NCBI GenBank assembly: GCA_964035545.1
Contig: OZ037769.1
Span: 2,542,001-2,606,000, forward strand
Origin: Bugula neritina
Taxonomy: Eukaryota; Animalia; Bryozoa
Direction of reading: 5' to 3'
DNA: 64,000 nt
In this document: one piece after another, positions 11,801 through 24,000 of the stretch
How positions within the stretch are numbered: position 1 is the stretch's first letter
Layout of the letters: every line of letters starts with the position of its first letter
Made by a program: the position numbers and the translations under genes
The notes under the pieces: model-generated
What the model saw: only the letters and a program-made list of their open reading frames with translations
Told to the model about the DNA's origin: nothing
Databases searched by the model: none

Positions 11801-14800
11801 ACATACACTATGTAATACATATACACTATATAATACATATACACTATGTAATACACATACACAATGTAATACATATACACAATGTAATACACATACACAA
11901 TGTAATACACATACACTATGTAATACATATACACTATGTAATACACATACACTATGTAATACATATACACTATGTAATACACATACACTATGTAATACAT
12001 ATACACTATGTAATACACATACACAATGTAATACACATACACTATGTAATACACATACACTATATAATACATATACACTATGTAATACACATACACTATG
12101 TAATACACATACACAATGTAATACACATACACTATGTAATACATATACACTATGTAATACACATACACTATGTAATACATATACACTATGTAATACACAT
12201 ACACTATGTAATACATATACACTATGTAATACACATACACAATGTAATACACATACACTATGTAATACACATACACTATGTAATACATATACACTATGTA
12301 ATACACATACACTATGTAATACATATACAGAATGTAATACATATACAGAATGTAATACATATACACTATGTATTACATACACAAAACGTAATGCATATAA
12401 AATAATTCAACTAAATTTTGGCTCAGCCCCAAAATATTCACCTCTTTTGGGCCGAGTTTGATTGGTGACAGGTTGTGCATATCCAGCACTTTCTTGGAGT
12501 TTTCCCATCCTGTTTCTGGACTCCACATTTTACCTTCACCCATTAGACCGAGAGCCATATGTGATAGAGGGGCGAGGTCACCACTGGCCCCAACCGTGCC
12601 TTTCTCAGGGACCCAAGGCAAACAATTTGCTACAATCAGCATTTTATACGTTATAGAGTATGCAATATGCATGTATTGTGCCAGTATTATATATGTGTGT
12701 AGTGTAAACAGTGTAGTGTAAAGAGTGTGGTGTAGAAAGTGCAGTGTAGAAAGTGTAAAAAGAGTAAAACTGTTACCGTTAAAAGCGTCGACGAACTGCT
12801 GTAGAACTTTCACAGAAATCCCGCTGTGTCCTTTAGACAGCACATTTATTCTTAGAGCCATGAACCGTCTCACCTGATCTGGTGCGAGGGGGTCACCCAC
12901 CCCCGCAGAGTGAGAGCGAATCAAGTTTTCTTGCAGTACACTACGTAAAAAATATTCATTATATCCAAACAAGCCTGCCATACTTGTGTATAAAAGAGAG
13001 AGATAAAGTGCTAAGAAGATATAACAGATGTACTACAATGCACTTGTGGGATAGTCTGAAATACATGTATAATATAGTCTGAAATACATGAATAGCATAG
13101 TCCAAAACTTACGTCAACTCCTCTGTAGGTATCACGACGTTTGCAAATTTCCCAAATCCCGTGTTTATGCCATAAGCCACTAAAAATCAGAATCAGTAAC
13201 CAAACTCATTAACTAAAATACTCCTACAATAACTACTATCAGTCTAATAAATTACAGACAACATTTTGAAATGCCGCAATGGCAATTAGGTCTTCTCATT
13301 TTCAAGCCATTTGTGGATAGCAATGACTGAATAACTACACAAAAATATGTATTCTGTAGCACATGGTTTCAGCAGAGATACACTGGCTAATAGGCCAGGC
13401 TGCTCATCCCACCCTTTACAAATTAGAATGTAAAACAGAACTAAGGGAATCAAAGCAAAGTCTAATTTCTGAAGCAAACTGATAAAGTTGTGAAATTTTT
13501 ATCTCCATTCTCGGTATTAACAATCACATGGTGACCCACATTATAAAATGCATTGTTTTTTTTGCAATGAATTGGCTGGGAAATCCCAGATGTTAGCATA
13601 TGAAATTTTTATTATACAACTCAATGTATAGACACTCATTATATAATATCAATAAGCAGAACCCAATTTAAAGAATTAACAAATAGACACTAATGCTGAT
13701 AAGTTGCAATTCAGAGCGGTGAGAAAGTGCAGAATGGAGTAGAAGCACTGACAGATATAACAACAGTGTCCTATTTTTTACCCCTTAGCTACTCTATGAA
13801 AAGTACTATCACTTGAAACAGTTTAAATTTTGAATTACCACCTTATAGTTGGTTTGTAGAAGCATTGCACAATCTTGCTTTAAAGTACTGCAGAAATTTC
13901 TCAAATTTTTTCAATTTTGTTTTGGAGCAATTGATACAATACAATGTAGGATGGGGCACCACCAACCTTTCCCTTCCTTGAGCTTTTGCTCAATAAGATC
14001 CCTGGCTTTAGCCACTCTGGTAAGAGCTTCACCACAAACCTAAAGGTTGAATAAAATATTCAGAGAAAGTTTACATTGGCTCTCACCACATTACATGTAA
14101 TCAGATATATGATATAGTTTACAATTTCAGCATTTAAAAATTGGATTACATTTTTTTCCAAAAATTTTCCAATATCTACTTCAGGCTACAGCACATCCTA
14201 GTGCGTGTGTGTGACACCCTAATGCATAAGGGTGACACCTGGATGCCTGAATGTATCAGTAAGCTGACACCTGAATGTATCAGTAAGCTGACACCTGAAT
14301 GTATCAGTAAGCTGACACCTGAATGTATCAGTAAGCTGACACCTGAATGTATCAGTAAGCTGACACCTGAATGTATCAGTCAGCTGACACCTGAATGTAT
14401 CAGTCAGCTGACACCTGAATGTATCAGTAAGCTGACACCTGAATGTATCAGTCAGCTGTGCAGCTGACTGTATCAGTAAACTGACACCTGAATGTATCAG
14501 TAAGCTGACACCATACCTTGATCTTGTATATTCCTCTGCCAAGATCCATGACCTCATTGGTCGAGAGACTGTGGCCATCCAGAACTATGTAGTCCTGCAT
14601 ATCACTTCTGCTGTTGGATATACTGTGAGAGACGGGCTAAGGAATACTTTACTCAACTTAGTCTAACTCTTTCTACTCAACTCTAAAGTCTAACTCTAAG
14701 CTGTAATGCTGTCGCAATAATCTAAACATAAACTGATTCTATAAAATATGCTAAATTAATTTGAGGTAGGAACAAAATTGGAGTTAAATTCTAAAGATGT

Positions 14801-16824
14801 TACTCCAGTTTCAACTCTGAATGAATTTTCAGACTTGTTATTTGAAACTTAAACTGAAAATGGATGAAAAATTTAAATATTCTGAAAGCTCTAAAAGGTT
14901 CCCTACAGTTGGATTTAAAGCTGAAAAATATTATGTAATAAATATCAAACACTACTACAAACACTCATTATGACAGCTAAATGCTTACTTTGCGTCTTTC
15001 TTTACCCTCTAAACAACCCTTGACTGTGTATACATTCTCCAGCCAAGACTTGAAATGTTGGCTGAGGTATTTGTATTGATGAGCAAACATTATTTATGAT
15101 TACATAACAGTTTGAACAGATTATCGCCTCCTGGTACACCATAACCAATAGCTGTGTAGCCTTAGTAGTGAAGGGACGGTTAATGGTTGGGAGATGAGGA
15201 AACCCCCCCAAACAAAATAGCTAGCTTATATATAACGTACTAATGCAATAGCTATATTATCAATTGTCATTATTAGTACATTTTATGTAGCATGTCAATA
15301 TATTATTATAAGTAATACATATGTAATAATAATTTTATGTACTAATGTATTGGAATATTATTATCATTATAAATTATTATCAGGTATATATAAATTATGT
15401 CTTAGATGTTTAATAATTTCCTAACAATTTTTCAGTAAATAATAAATTTCAATAACACATTTAAGTTATTTTTAAGCAACAGTAGTAATTAAATTTAACT
15501 TTAAATAGCTCTGCACAATACAATTTCACTTGACTGAATCGCATGTAATCGATTTGACAAACTGAAACCTAGTCACGGCAAACAGGCTGATTTTGGCAGC
15601 TTGCCCTATTATACAGAGCAGACTAAAGGTTGGCAGTTTGCCCAAACCCATGACTGGAGGCAAGGATACAGGTTCTCCATGGAGTTGAAGGTGTAATAGG
15701 ATGCCTTTTCGTTCTGCAGCACTACAACCAAGTCCAAAGGCACAATAAATATTCTAACTTGCACGGTCAATAACAAACATTCTTGAAGTCACAGAATAAA
15801 GATGCTACACAACACAATAAGCTAAATATCTTAATGGGTACCCTTGGTGTGTTGGTTTCAGATCTTTAAAAGCAGATAAAGTTTTTTTAGCTTATGAATA
15901 TTACGCGAATGTTAACTCTAATCAATGACAAGTATAACTAAAACTGAATCATCAATCTTGCTACAACAATGCATTCCAGCATTAGTATGAAATTGTTGTT
16001 GATTGACCTTTCTAGAATAGCCTAACTAGTTGTTATTGACTTCAAGCTTAAAAATTGTCTGTTATGTTAAAGCTGGAAGCTCACACTGTACTCTTTCCTA
16101 TACCATTTAAATTTAATATTAATGTCAATATTCAGCTTAAAAGTCCAACTCCAAGAAAGTTGCCACCAACTGCGGTATACCACTTATAATCTCCATAATA
16201 TTTAAATTTTGTGACTAGAATCAGGTTTAATAGCCATAAATTAAATTAGAAGGATTATTTTTACAGAGCTTCTCTATGTCTGTTATAATTATTCTAGTAT
16301 ATCAAGTACATTTGCCAAGTTATTTTTAACCCTGTTATGAATAACTTAAACTTTCATGTGTGTGTGATTAAGTGAGCCTCATTTTTCCATTTTTGTCTAC
16401 CAACTTGGCACCATACTAAGCAAATCTTATGTATAAACTTTAGAATAAAGGGCAAGTGCATGCAAACTCTAAATTGAATATGATAAGTCATAAGAGGTCA
16501 AACTACTCATAGATTTTGGCTGTAGTTACTATTACAGTATTAGTATCACAGTGACAGTACATTAGGCTCTTATTATAGCAAGTACGTACCAACAGACACG
16601 AAATCATCATCATTGAGCACGTCTTTGATAATGTCATCTTCATCTAGCATTGCACCGCCATTAGTCCTTCTGATTTCTGAAACCTTGTTCAGTATTGACA
16701 GAGCTGATGCCTTGAACTTAGCATATCGTTTTAGTGCATTCTCTCCTAAAGTTTTAATGGTGCCTGTCCCGTCACCGCAAGGAATTGCAAATATCTCTCC
16801 CTTCACGTAAACTGATAATTTCAT
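5862..16824 (-). CDS. HAL: Histidine ammonia-lyase (histidase) with N-terminal Par3/HAL domain
   Basis: Exons (minus): 16824-16590, 15721-15670, 14622-14517, 14039-13967, 13179-13113, 12940-12777, 12629-12442, 11697-11550, 10936-10855, 8897-8750, 8274-8209, 7865-7700, 7273-7139, 6303-6195, 6051-5862 (TGA). Motifs: [22 protein letters not shown]-forming [46 protein letters not shown]. Confidence 0.96.
6640..7147. repeat. 40-bp minisatellite x~13 containing the HAL exon end plus 5' splice site
   Basis: Unit tatacaggtgtagcgtaccttgttctatatatactaatag; on the minus strand nearly every copy reads TAGAACAAG|GTA(C/T)GC. Confidence 0.93.
8275..8749 (-). other. U12-type (minor spliceosome) GT-AG intron in HAL
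   Basis: 5' site GTATCCTTT; branch TTCCTTAAT ~11 nt upstream of the AG; flanking exons join in frame (DNP|MVF). Confidence 0.9.
8926..10845. repeat. 34-bp minisatellite (~56 copies) with 476-bp (14-mer) higher-order structure, filling HAL intron 8898-10854
   Basis: Unit gctagtaaagagtaagtcactgtatatactatga; variant agaacctagcta recurs at ~9049, 9525 and 10001 (476-bp spacing). Confidence 0.95.
10947..11118. repeat. 16-bp minisatellite (gtaagtacaatgaaga) x~10 at a HAL acceptor
   Basis: Direct reading. Confidence 0.92.
11720..12385. repeat. 18-bp minisatellite (gtaatacacatacactat) x~36 filling HAL intron 11698-12441
   Basis: Direct reading; source of four spurious low-complexity ORFs. Confidence 0.95.
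14232..14511. repeat. 24-bp minisatellite (ctgacacctgaatgtatcagtaag) x~11 starting at HAL donor 14516
   Basis: Direct reading. Confidence 0.93.
14623..15669 (-). other. Probable second U12-type GT-AG intron in HAL
   Basis: 5' site GTATCCTTG; branch-like TTCCTTAGC ~13 nt upstream of the CAG; exons join in frame (ENL|ISN). Confidence 0.78.
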
Positions 16825-18058
16825 AACTTGTTCAATGCGAGAGAAACTTCTAATACTATCACGCTACTAACGGAGTCGACCACCAATAGCTAGCTAACAG
16901 TGAAGTTATATACTCAAAAACTAACTGTATGCTACGCTCTCAGCGACCAATCAAAGCACTCCATTAGCACACACACCTCTGAGCTTCTAACATGTTTACA
17001 GACAATTGTTTAGTTCATACCTATTCATAACACAATCTCATTAATAAAGCGGCTAACAAAGCATAGCAAGTTGTACACAGCTCACAAAGCTACCTTGTTT
17101 CACTGCCAGTGGCTTAGCCTGGTTTATTACTGTGGGCGCATATTTCTCTGGATCAAATCCCCATGAGTCTTAAACTTACTTTTATTTACATCTAGTTGAG
17201 AAAATACTTACACATATGGTAATTAGGAACTGACTTGCATCAAATTATCAGTTGACTTGAATTAAATTAAAAATAAAGTTATTTATATTATAGGTTACAA
17301 TATTATAAAATACTATATTGTTATTTAACATTGCTAAGAAACTTTCAGGAACCAACATTCAAGTATTCATTTTATCAAATTTCACCACATCTAAAAAACT
17401 GCAAAACCTTTGGGAACTTTTTTAAGAAGCATTTTGTGTTAGGATGGAAGAGTGCAATACAATGCACAATAGTACAGTACATGACAATAACACAATGTAG
17501 TTTCACAGCATTCAACATTTGATTCATTACTTCATAACGCTATTATTCAACAACTTCAGGTGACAATATGCCGATCTTACCACACCTCATGTGTAACATA
17601 ATAAACAGTGTTTACAAGAGACAATGCTGCTTGTTCTACAGAAGTATTTATCAGCACAGGATGCTGTTATTTGAAGAGACCGAGTCTCAGTCTAGTAAAA
17701 GTAGAAAGTGATTTATTGTTTGTAAGAATTCATACAGTGAGTGATAATTTTGTGTTGAATAGAATAGAAGGTGGGGGTAAAATTTCTTCACAAAGTGAAT
17801 AAAATATTACATAACTTGATGTTTACTGAAACAGAATCTGGAATGGTCGACATAGTATAAAGGATTCAAGTAATAAAAAGTATTATTGACAGGATTAGGG
17901 GTGTGTCACAGCTGTAAGCCAATCAAATCATCAGATACAAGCATTGCTAGTAACTTTTGACATGCATCTAACTACATTGCATCAGCAATTTGTTTAAATA
18001 TTTATGCCTCTGTAGGAATGAGGATGTGTTGGCAAAGCCCAGAGTGTCTCAACTCACG

Positions 18059-21000
18059 CTAATACTTGGGTGGGGGGCTCTGCTTTTCGTATCGGCAATA
18101 AGAAGGATCTATAGGGTTAGCATCAAGGTCTCTCCTGTAATCATGTAAAGTAGTCTAGAGGCTAGCAAAATACTGCACCTTACAAAAACATTTTAAAATG
18201 TTTATTTTTAGCAATAGAAGATGTTTCTGTATCAATAGGAGTATGTCATCATTCAAAGAATGGGTTAAGTTACTATTGTTGATTGATAACAGCTTTGAAC
18301 ATTAAGTTTTATAATTGCAAAATTTACAACTAAACACATTAATACATCAGATAAATAAGTAGAAAATATCCTGAACATTTCCCCTTATGACCTACAAAGT
18401 TCGAAGGTCAACTAACAGACAAGGGGTTAATGCACTACTGGACTGCACAACTGGCTTTTACTATAACTAAGTGACTCATCTTTTCCATACATGAGAAAAC
18501 AACTCTTAAACATTCCATGTCAAAATAGAATAGAATTTCTGGAAGAATGAAGCTAACCTGATCATTCTGCAGCGATGAGCCTCTAGCCTCACTTTCATAC
18601 TGTCCATATCGGTGGCTGTTGCGGGGCTCCACAGCCTCTCCGCAACTACCGCAGCCCTAGGCCATGTCCTTGACATCAGGTTGGTCCCGTCTACCCACTC
18701 ACCCCACATGCAGCCCTCCCCGCCCATCACTAAAGCTTTCTGCTCGGCGGTTCCATTGAAGTTCTGCAGGAAACAGTAATAACACTACACCACTTGTCAC
18801 TAACTTACTACTTGTTACTAACTTACTACCTACTACTTCATATATTGCATAGTATGACTATTACTATGTATTGTATGACTATTACTATGTACTGTATGAC
18901 TATTACTATGTACTGTATGACTACTACTATGTACTGTATGACTATTACTATGTACTGTATGACTATTACTTTGTACTGTATGACTATTACTATGTACTGT
19001 ATGACTACTACTATGTACTGTATGACTATTACTACGTACTGTATGACTATTACTATGTACTGTATGACTGCTACTATATACTGTATGACTATTACTATAC
19101 AGAGGCTGCTGCCCCACTTAGTTTGAAATTACCAAGAGTAAGAATAAGTAGAGAGAAGATGCTTAACAACACGGCCAAGTTTTGTCAAAATATCGTCTTC
19201 ACATTCTAGAGGTGTTTCCTCATAATTAAAACAACCAAAACATAAATAAATAAAAAATATATCAGATGGACTCTCACAGCATCCATGGTTACTCTATCGG
19301 CAGCAACAGTAGCTGTGGCAGCAGATCATACAAAGTAAAGTTGTGATACACACGAATATACCTGAGGATCGCACTGGTAATACTGAGCCCAATTTTCACC
19401 GTATTTGATAACATTCAAATACCAACACGCTGACGTGATAGCTTTGTAGCCGGCAGCGGTGACAAATGCAACTTCCTGTGCAGCCGGTCGGACGCCAGTT
19501 GATTTCCAGACGTTGACCACGGCATTTGATGAGAGCTGCAACCAATGAGATTGAAGAAATGAAAAAGAGGCTGTAGGTACTGACCTGTGGGTCACAAGCA
19601 TAATACGACTGCCAGTTTTCCCCGTAAGCTATTCGATTCAGGTACCAGCAAGCAGAGGTTATTGATTGGTAACCTTGACCTGTTACCTTGGCCATTTCAG
19701 CAGATGGATCGGGAGTTGTCTTCCAAATGTTAACTACAGTGTCCTTAGCAAGCTGAAAGCAACATGCAACATACACAGGCTTTCCAACATAAAAGCAGAT
19801 AATTCCTGAGCAAAGACCTGATAAGCATATAAACTCACAATCAAGGTGTGGTAACAGCTTTAAATTATAATACTGAAATTAAAAAATTTATTATTTATAT
19901 AAAAATAGTTATGTAATTAGTCAATGACTCGCTCAAACGCCTTTTATAAGGAGTTATTTTTTCTTGTTAAACACAGCTTGTGTGAGAACACAACTCTTAA
20001 ATTACTTACTAATCTTTACTAACAATGTAGGTCTTTGCTCATTGGAGGCCTGCTAGTAGAGAAAGTCATAGAAGAAATTTAGATATAACTGTATTTCATT
20101 TTCAAATTTGTAGTTTCAGTAAATTTGGACTCAAAAATACATTACTTACAATTTTTATTTTTAAAAAGCTGTGGCAAAATTAAACAGGAAAATGGAAAAT
20201 TTTCTTCACATTCCCACACATGACAGGGGACCCTTAAATCTCTTCTATGGCTTTTAGCAAAAAAGCAGGCAGGCTAAAGCTGGTAAGTGTGGCTAAAGCT
20301 AGCAGGTGTGGTTACTTTTAGTAGGTGTGGCTAAAGTTAGTAGGTGTGGCTAAAGCTAGTAGGTGTGACTAAAGCTAGTAAGCCTAGGGCCACACAGTGC
20401 GTATTTTCGCATTCGAAAATTGAAACCACGGGTAGCAAAGGTGTCCACTGTAGCGTCAGTAATGCGTGATGCGTGATAAATAAAGCTTTCATTTTTAAAT
20501 CGCACCCGCTTTCAATAAAACGCAATTTACTGGAATGTAGCATTAAAATAAAGAAATTGGGCTCGCTGAATAACTACTAGCCAATTAGGTGACGACGACA
20601 GAGACTGCTGAGCGACAAGTGCGAATGTTTTCTCAACCCGTACAGTGGACACCTTTGCTACTTGTGATTTCAATTTTCGCATGCGAAAATACGCACCGTG
20701 TGGCCCTAGGCTAAGTGTGGCTAAAGTTAGTAGGTGTGGCTGAAGCTAGTAGGTGTGGCCAAGTTTACAAACAAAAGATGTAAAAAGCGTGCACAAAGCT
20801 TCCATCTCAGAAAATATAGTCTCAAAAAGCCAATGTATGTGGAAATAGACGACAAGGTTAGAAAATAGTTAGAAACCCAAGTTCAACAGATGTAGCGCCA
20901 CACAAACAGGAAATGGTTGTCTCGCTGTCTAAACACAGCAGCATGCCATGTATGGCGCATACTGGACAGACAGACAAACTAGGGCAACGACAGCATTTAA

Positions 21001-24000
21001 GGTTTTGTATAAACATTTATAACATTACAATAGAATAACCACTGAGCAGTATGTAACCAAATGGTATGTGTATAAGCAACAGAATAGTTGATACATTACA
21101 ATTACAATAAGCTTGTTGACTGTAATACAAGTTTATAATACATAATAATACAGCACGAAATGTATTTGGACCGCCATGTCATGTGAACAAGTATGGTCAA
21201 GTAGAAGCAATGAAATCTAACATAAACTAACGCAAGTTTACAAGACATAACAAACAACACATATGTAGAGCATCTAGTAACAAGTACCTTGACACCGTTG
21301 TCAACAGGTTCCTGCCAGATTATATACTGTTTGTTCAACTTCTGCACAATGTCAGTCACTCTGGAGATGTAGTACGACTCCAGCCCGGCGTAGTCCGCAA
21401 TTCCCGCCTTCACCATGAAGGCCTTGATATCCGGATTTGATTGCCTGCACACACCACCGCAGTAAGAGTTAGAATAGTTGCTCATAGTTTCTACTCCATA
21501 TTCAAACTGATTACCAAGAAACTACACCATTAACAGCTAACAGCCACAGAACACACAGCGACTGTCCCTATAGCCCAACTTATAGCCCTATGCAAACTCA
21601 CCAGCAGGTGAAACTGACTTCGTCACCTCCCAGGTGCAGGTACTGATCCGGGAACACCTGACCTACTTCGCTGAACAACTTCTCAATAAACTCGTAGGTG
21701 GAGTTCTTAGATGGGTCGATGGGGCCGAAAGTACCATCGGGCTTTCCGTCAGAGCCATAGCATGGAGTGAGTAGGCCAGGCTGGCCCGGGCCCCAGGCGA
21801 GTGTGTGACCTGCAAGAAAATGGTGCCATAGTTAAACCGGCATAGATAAGACTCAGACTGGGTTGATAAGAGTGTCTAGGGCCCTGAATATTAGATATAG
21901 TGGTGAGTTTTATTACCCTTCACATAACTGTGATAGCTTTTCAATGTACAATGTAATCAGGTCCACATATTCAGTTGCTAAATTGTTGATTAAATTAGTT
22001 TATATGATATTCTATATTCCTATTTGTATAATACTCTATACAGTGTAATATAGTAATATATATAACATTCTATACAGTGTAATTTAGTAACATATATCAT
22101 ATTTTATACAGTGTAATATAGTAAACGTATAATATTCTATACAACTATTTGCTTGACACCCAAGTAGACAGAAGTCAACAAGCACTGACTCAGAGTGTCA
22201 ACAAGTACTGACTCTGTGTGTCAACAAGCACTGACTCAGAGTGTCAACAAGTACTGACTCTGTGTGTCAACAAGCATTGACTCTGTATGTCAACAAGCAC
22301 TTGCTCAGAGTGTCAACAAGCACTGATTCAGAGTGTCAACAAGCACTGATTCAGAGTGTCAACAAGCACTGATTCAGAGTGTCAACAAGTACTGACTTAG
22401 TGTGTCAACAAGCACTGACTCAGAGTGTCAACAAGCATTACCTGGCGTGTCAAACTCGGCTACCACCCTGATGCCCCTCTGCCTGGCGTACTCTATGACA
22501 TCAGCAACGTCCTCCGGGCTGTAGATGTGAGTTTGAGGATTGTAGGCGCCCTTCTGACTGAGATCTGGGTACACTCTGCTCTGGTAGGGGAATGACTGGG
22601 AGTCAACAATATGCCAGTGAAGCACATTGTACTTGGCCATCGACAGCGCTGACTGTAAAGTGATCAAAACTCTACATTTCAGAAATCACAGCAGGAAAAC
22701 CAAGTTGTTTTAGTTACAGCAGGAGGCTAACACTGTAATACATGAGCAGTAACAGAGTCTAAACTCTACACAATGGTATGGCTCTGTGTCTAGATTTTAT
22801 TGTTTATTTTGTGAGAGATGCTCAACATGTAAACATAATGACAACTTTGCAGGGATATACTGGTAACAAAAAGAGACAAGTTTTAATCAATAAAAACATG
22901 TTGATAAAGGGAAAGGATGTGAGGGCCCACATAACATCAGCAATATAATTTAGAAAACTCTGCTAAACTTGTGGGAATGACTTGTACATTTGGATGATCA
23001 AAGAACCATTTGGAAAATCTGAAAACTATAATTTGTTATTTTGCCCTTTACTGTTTGTCCCTATATTTTTAGCTACAACAATTAGTTGTTGTTTAAACTG
23101 CATTTCAAAAATGACACAATATTGTGAGAATAGTGGAGAATAAAAATTTGTCTCTTGTAAAGTTTTGACAAACTAAATTGTTATGCAGATAAAACTCTCG
23201 ATTCACCAGGGAAATGTAGATTAAATGACAAATACTTTAAAAACAATCACTGTGAAATTATCCCACCATCATGCAGATATTTTGGTAGGTTGAACTGATA
23301 GCTAGCTACCCTGAACTTGGCTAAAAATAAACTACAGATCTGATGATATGCTATATACAAATGGGTGGGTTGTCATGTGATCTACAAATTACATACTTGC
23401 CAGTGTATAACATCATGTTTATAACACATTAGATTAGGAATAACTGTAATTCATTGTGCAAAACTTAGCAACTGGCAAACGACTGGCATTAACTTAGACA
23501 CACTTTGTGTCTCCTCTTCTTTTAGATGAAGTGAGGGGCGACATTCAACCCCCCCTCCCCGCTGATCAAAAGATAGCGTCTCTCAGACACAGGGGAGGAC
23601 AACTGGCTATGAGATGTTTCAGTGAAGGTATAAATTATAATATTAGTACAACTATTCGTCAACTTCACACTAATAAATGTGATTTCAACAAGTTGTATAA
23701 TTGTTTAAATTCCGTCACATTATATTATAGTCTAAATACAAATGAAAATGCAGAACATGCCAGCTAGCCAGAGACAATAAACAAGAGTTGGTCGTACTTA
23801 CAGGTAAGTATACGGAGGTTTATAAACACTTACGACAAACTGGAGTAGAATATTCTTCTCTACGTAATGTCTGGATGTGTCAACCAGAAAACCTCGGTGA
23901 GGAAATCTCGGTCCATCTTCAATCATGGTCTCATTGACGTACCACTGAAAGAGACATATTAGTAACATACACTGTAGAAGCTGTAGTAACTGTACTATCT

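Noticed and set aside
11681-12461. Four 220-250 aa ORFs (VLHSVY, YYIVY, HYVIHI, CNTHTL repeats)
   Set aside because: Translations of an 18-bp intronic minisatellite lying between two in-frame HAL exons.
5862-16824. HAL as a bacterial horizontal transfer (hutH)
   Set aside because: It has the animal-type N-terminal domain and 14 spliceosomal introns, including U12-type.
17105-17170. Possible further tRNA-like relic upstream of HAL
   Set aside because: Only faint A- and B-box resemblance; not supportable.
19362-19535. Exon 8b as a dead duplicate or assembly artefact
   Set aside because: Too diverged from 8a at DNA level to be an artefact, yet it keeps frame, splice sites and conserved residues; pseudo-exon status is not fully excluded without RNA data.
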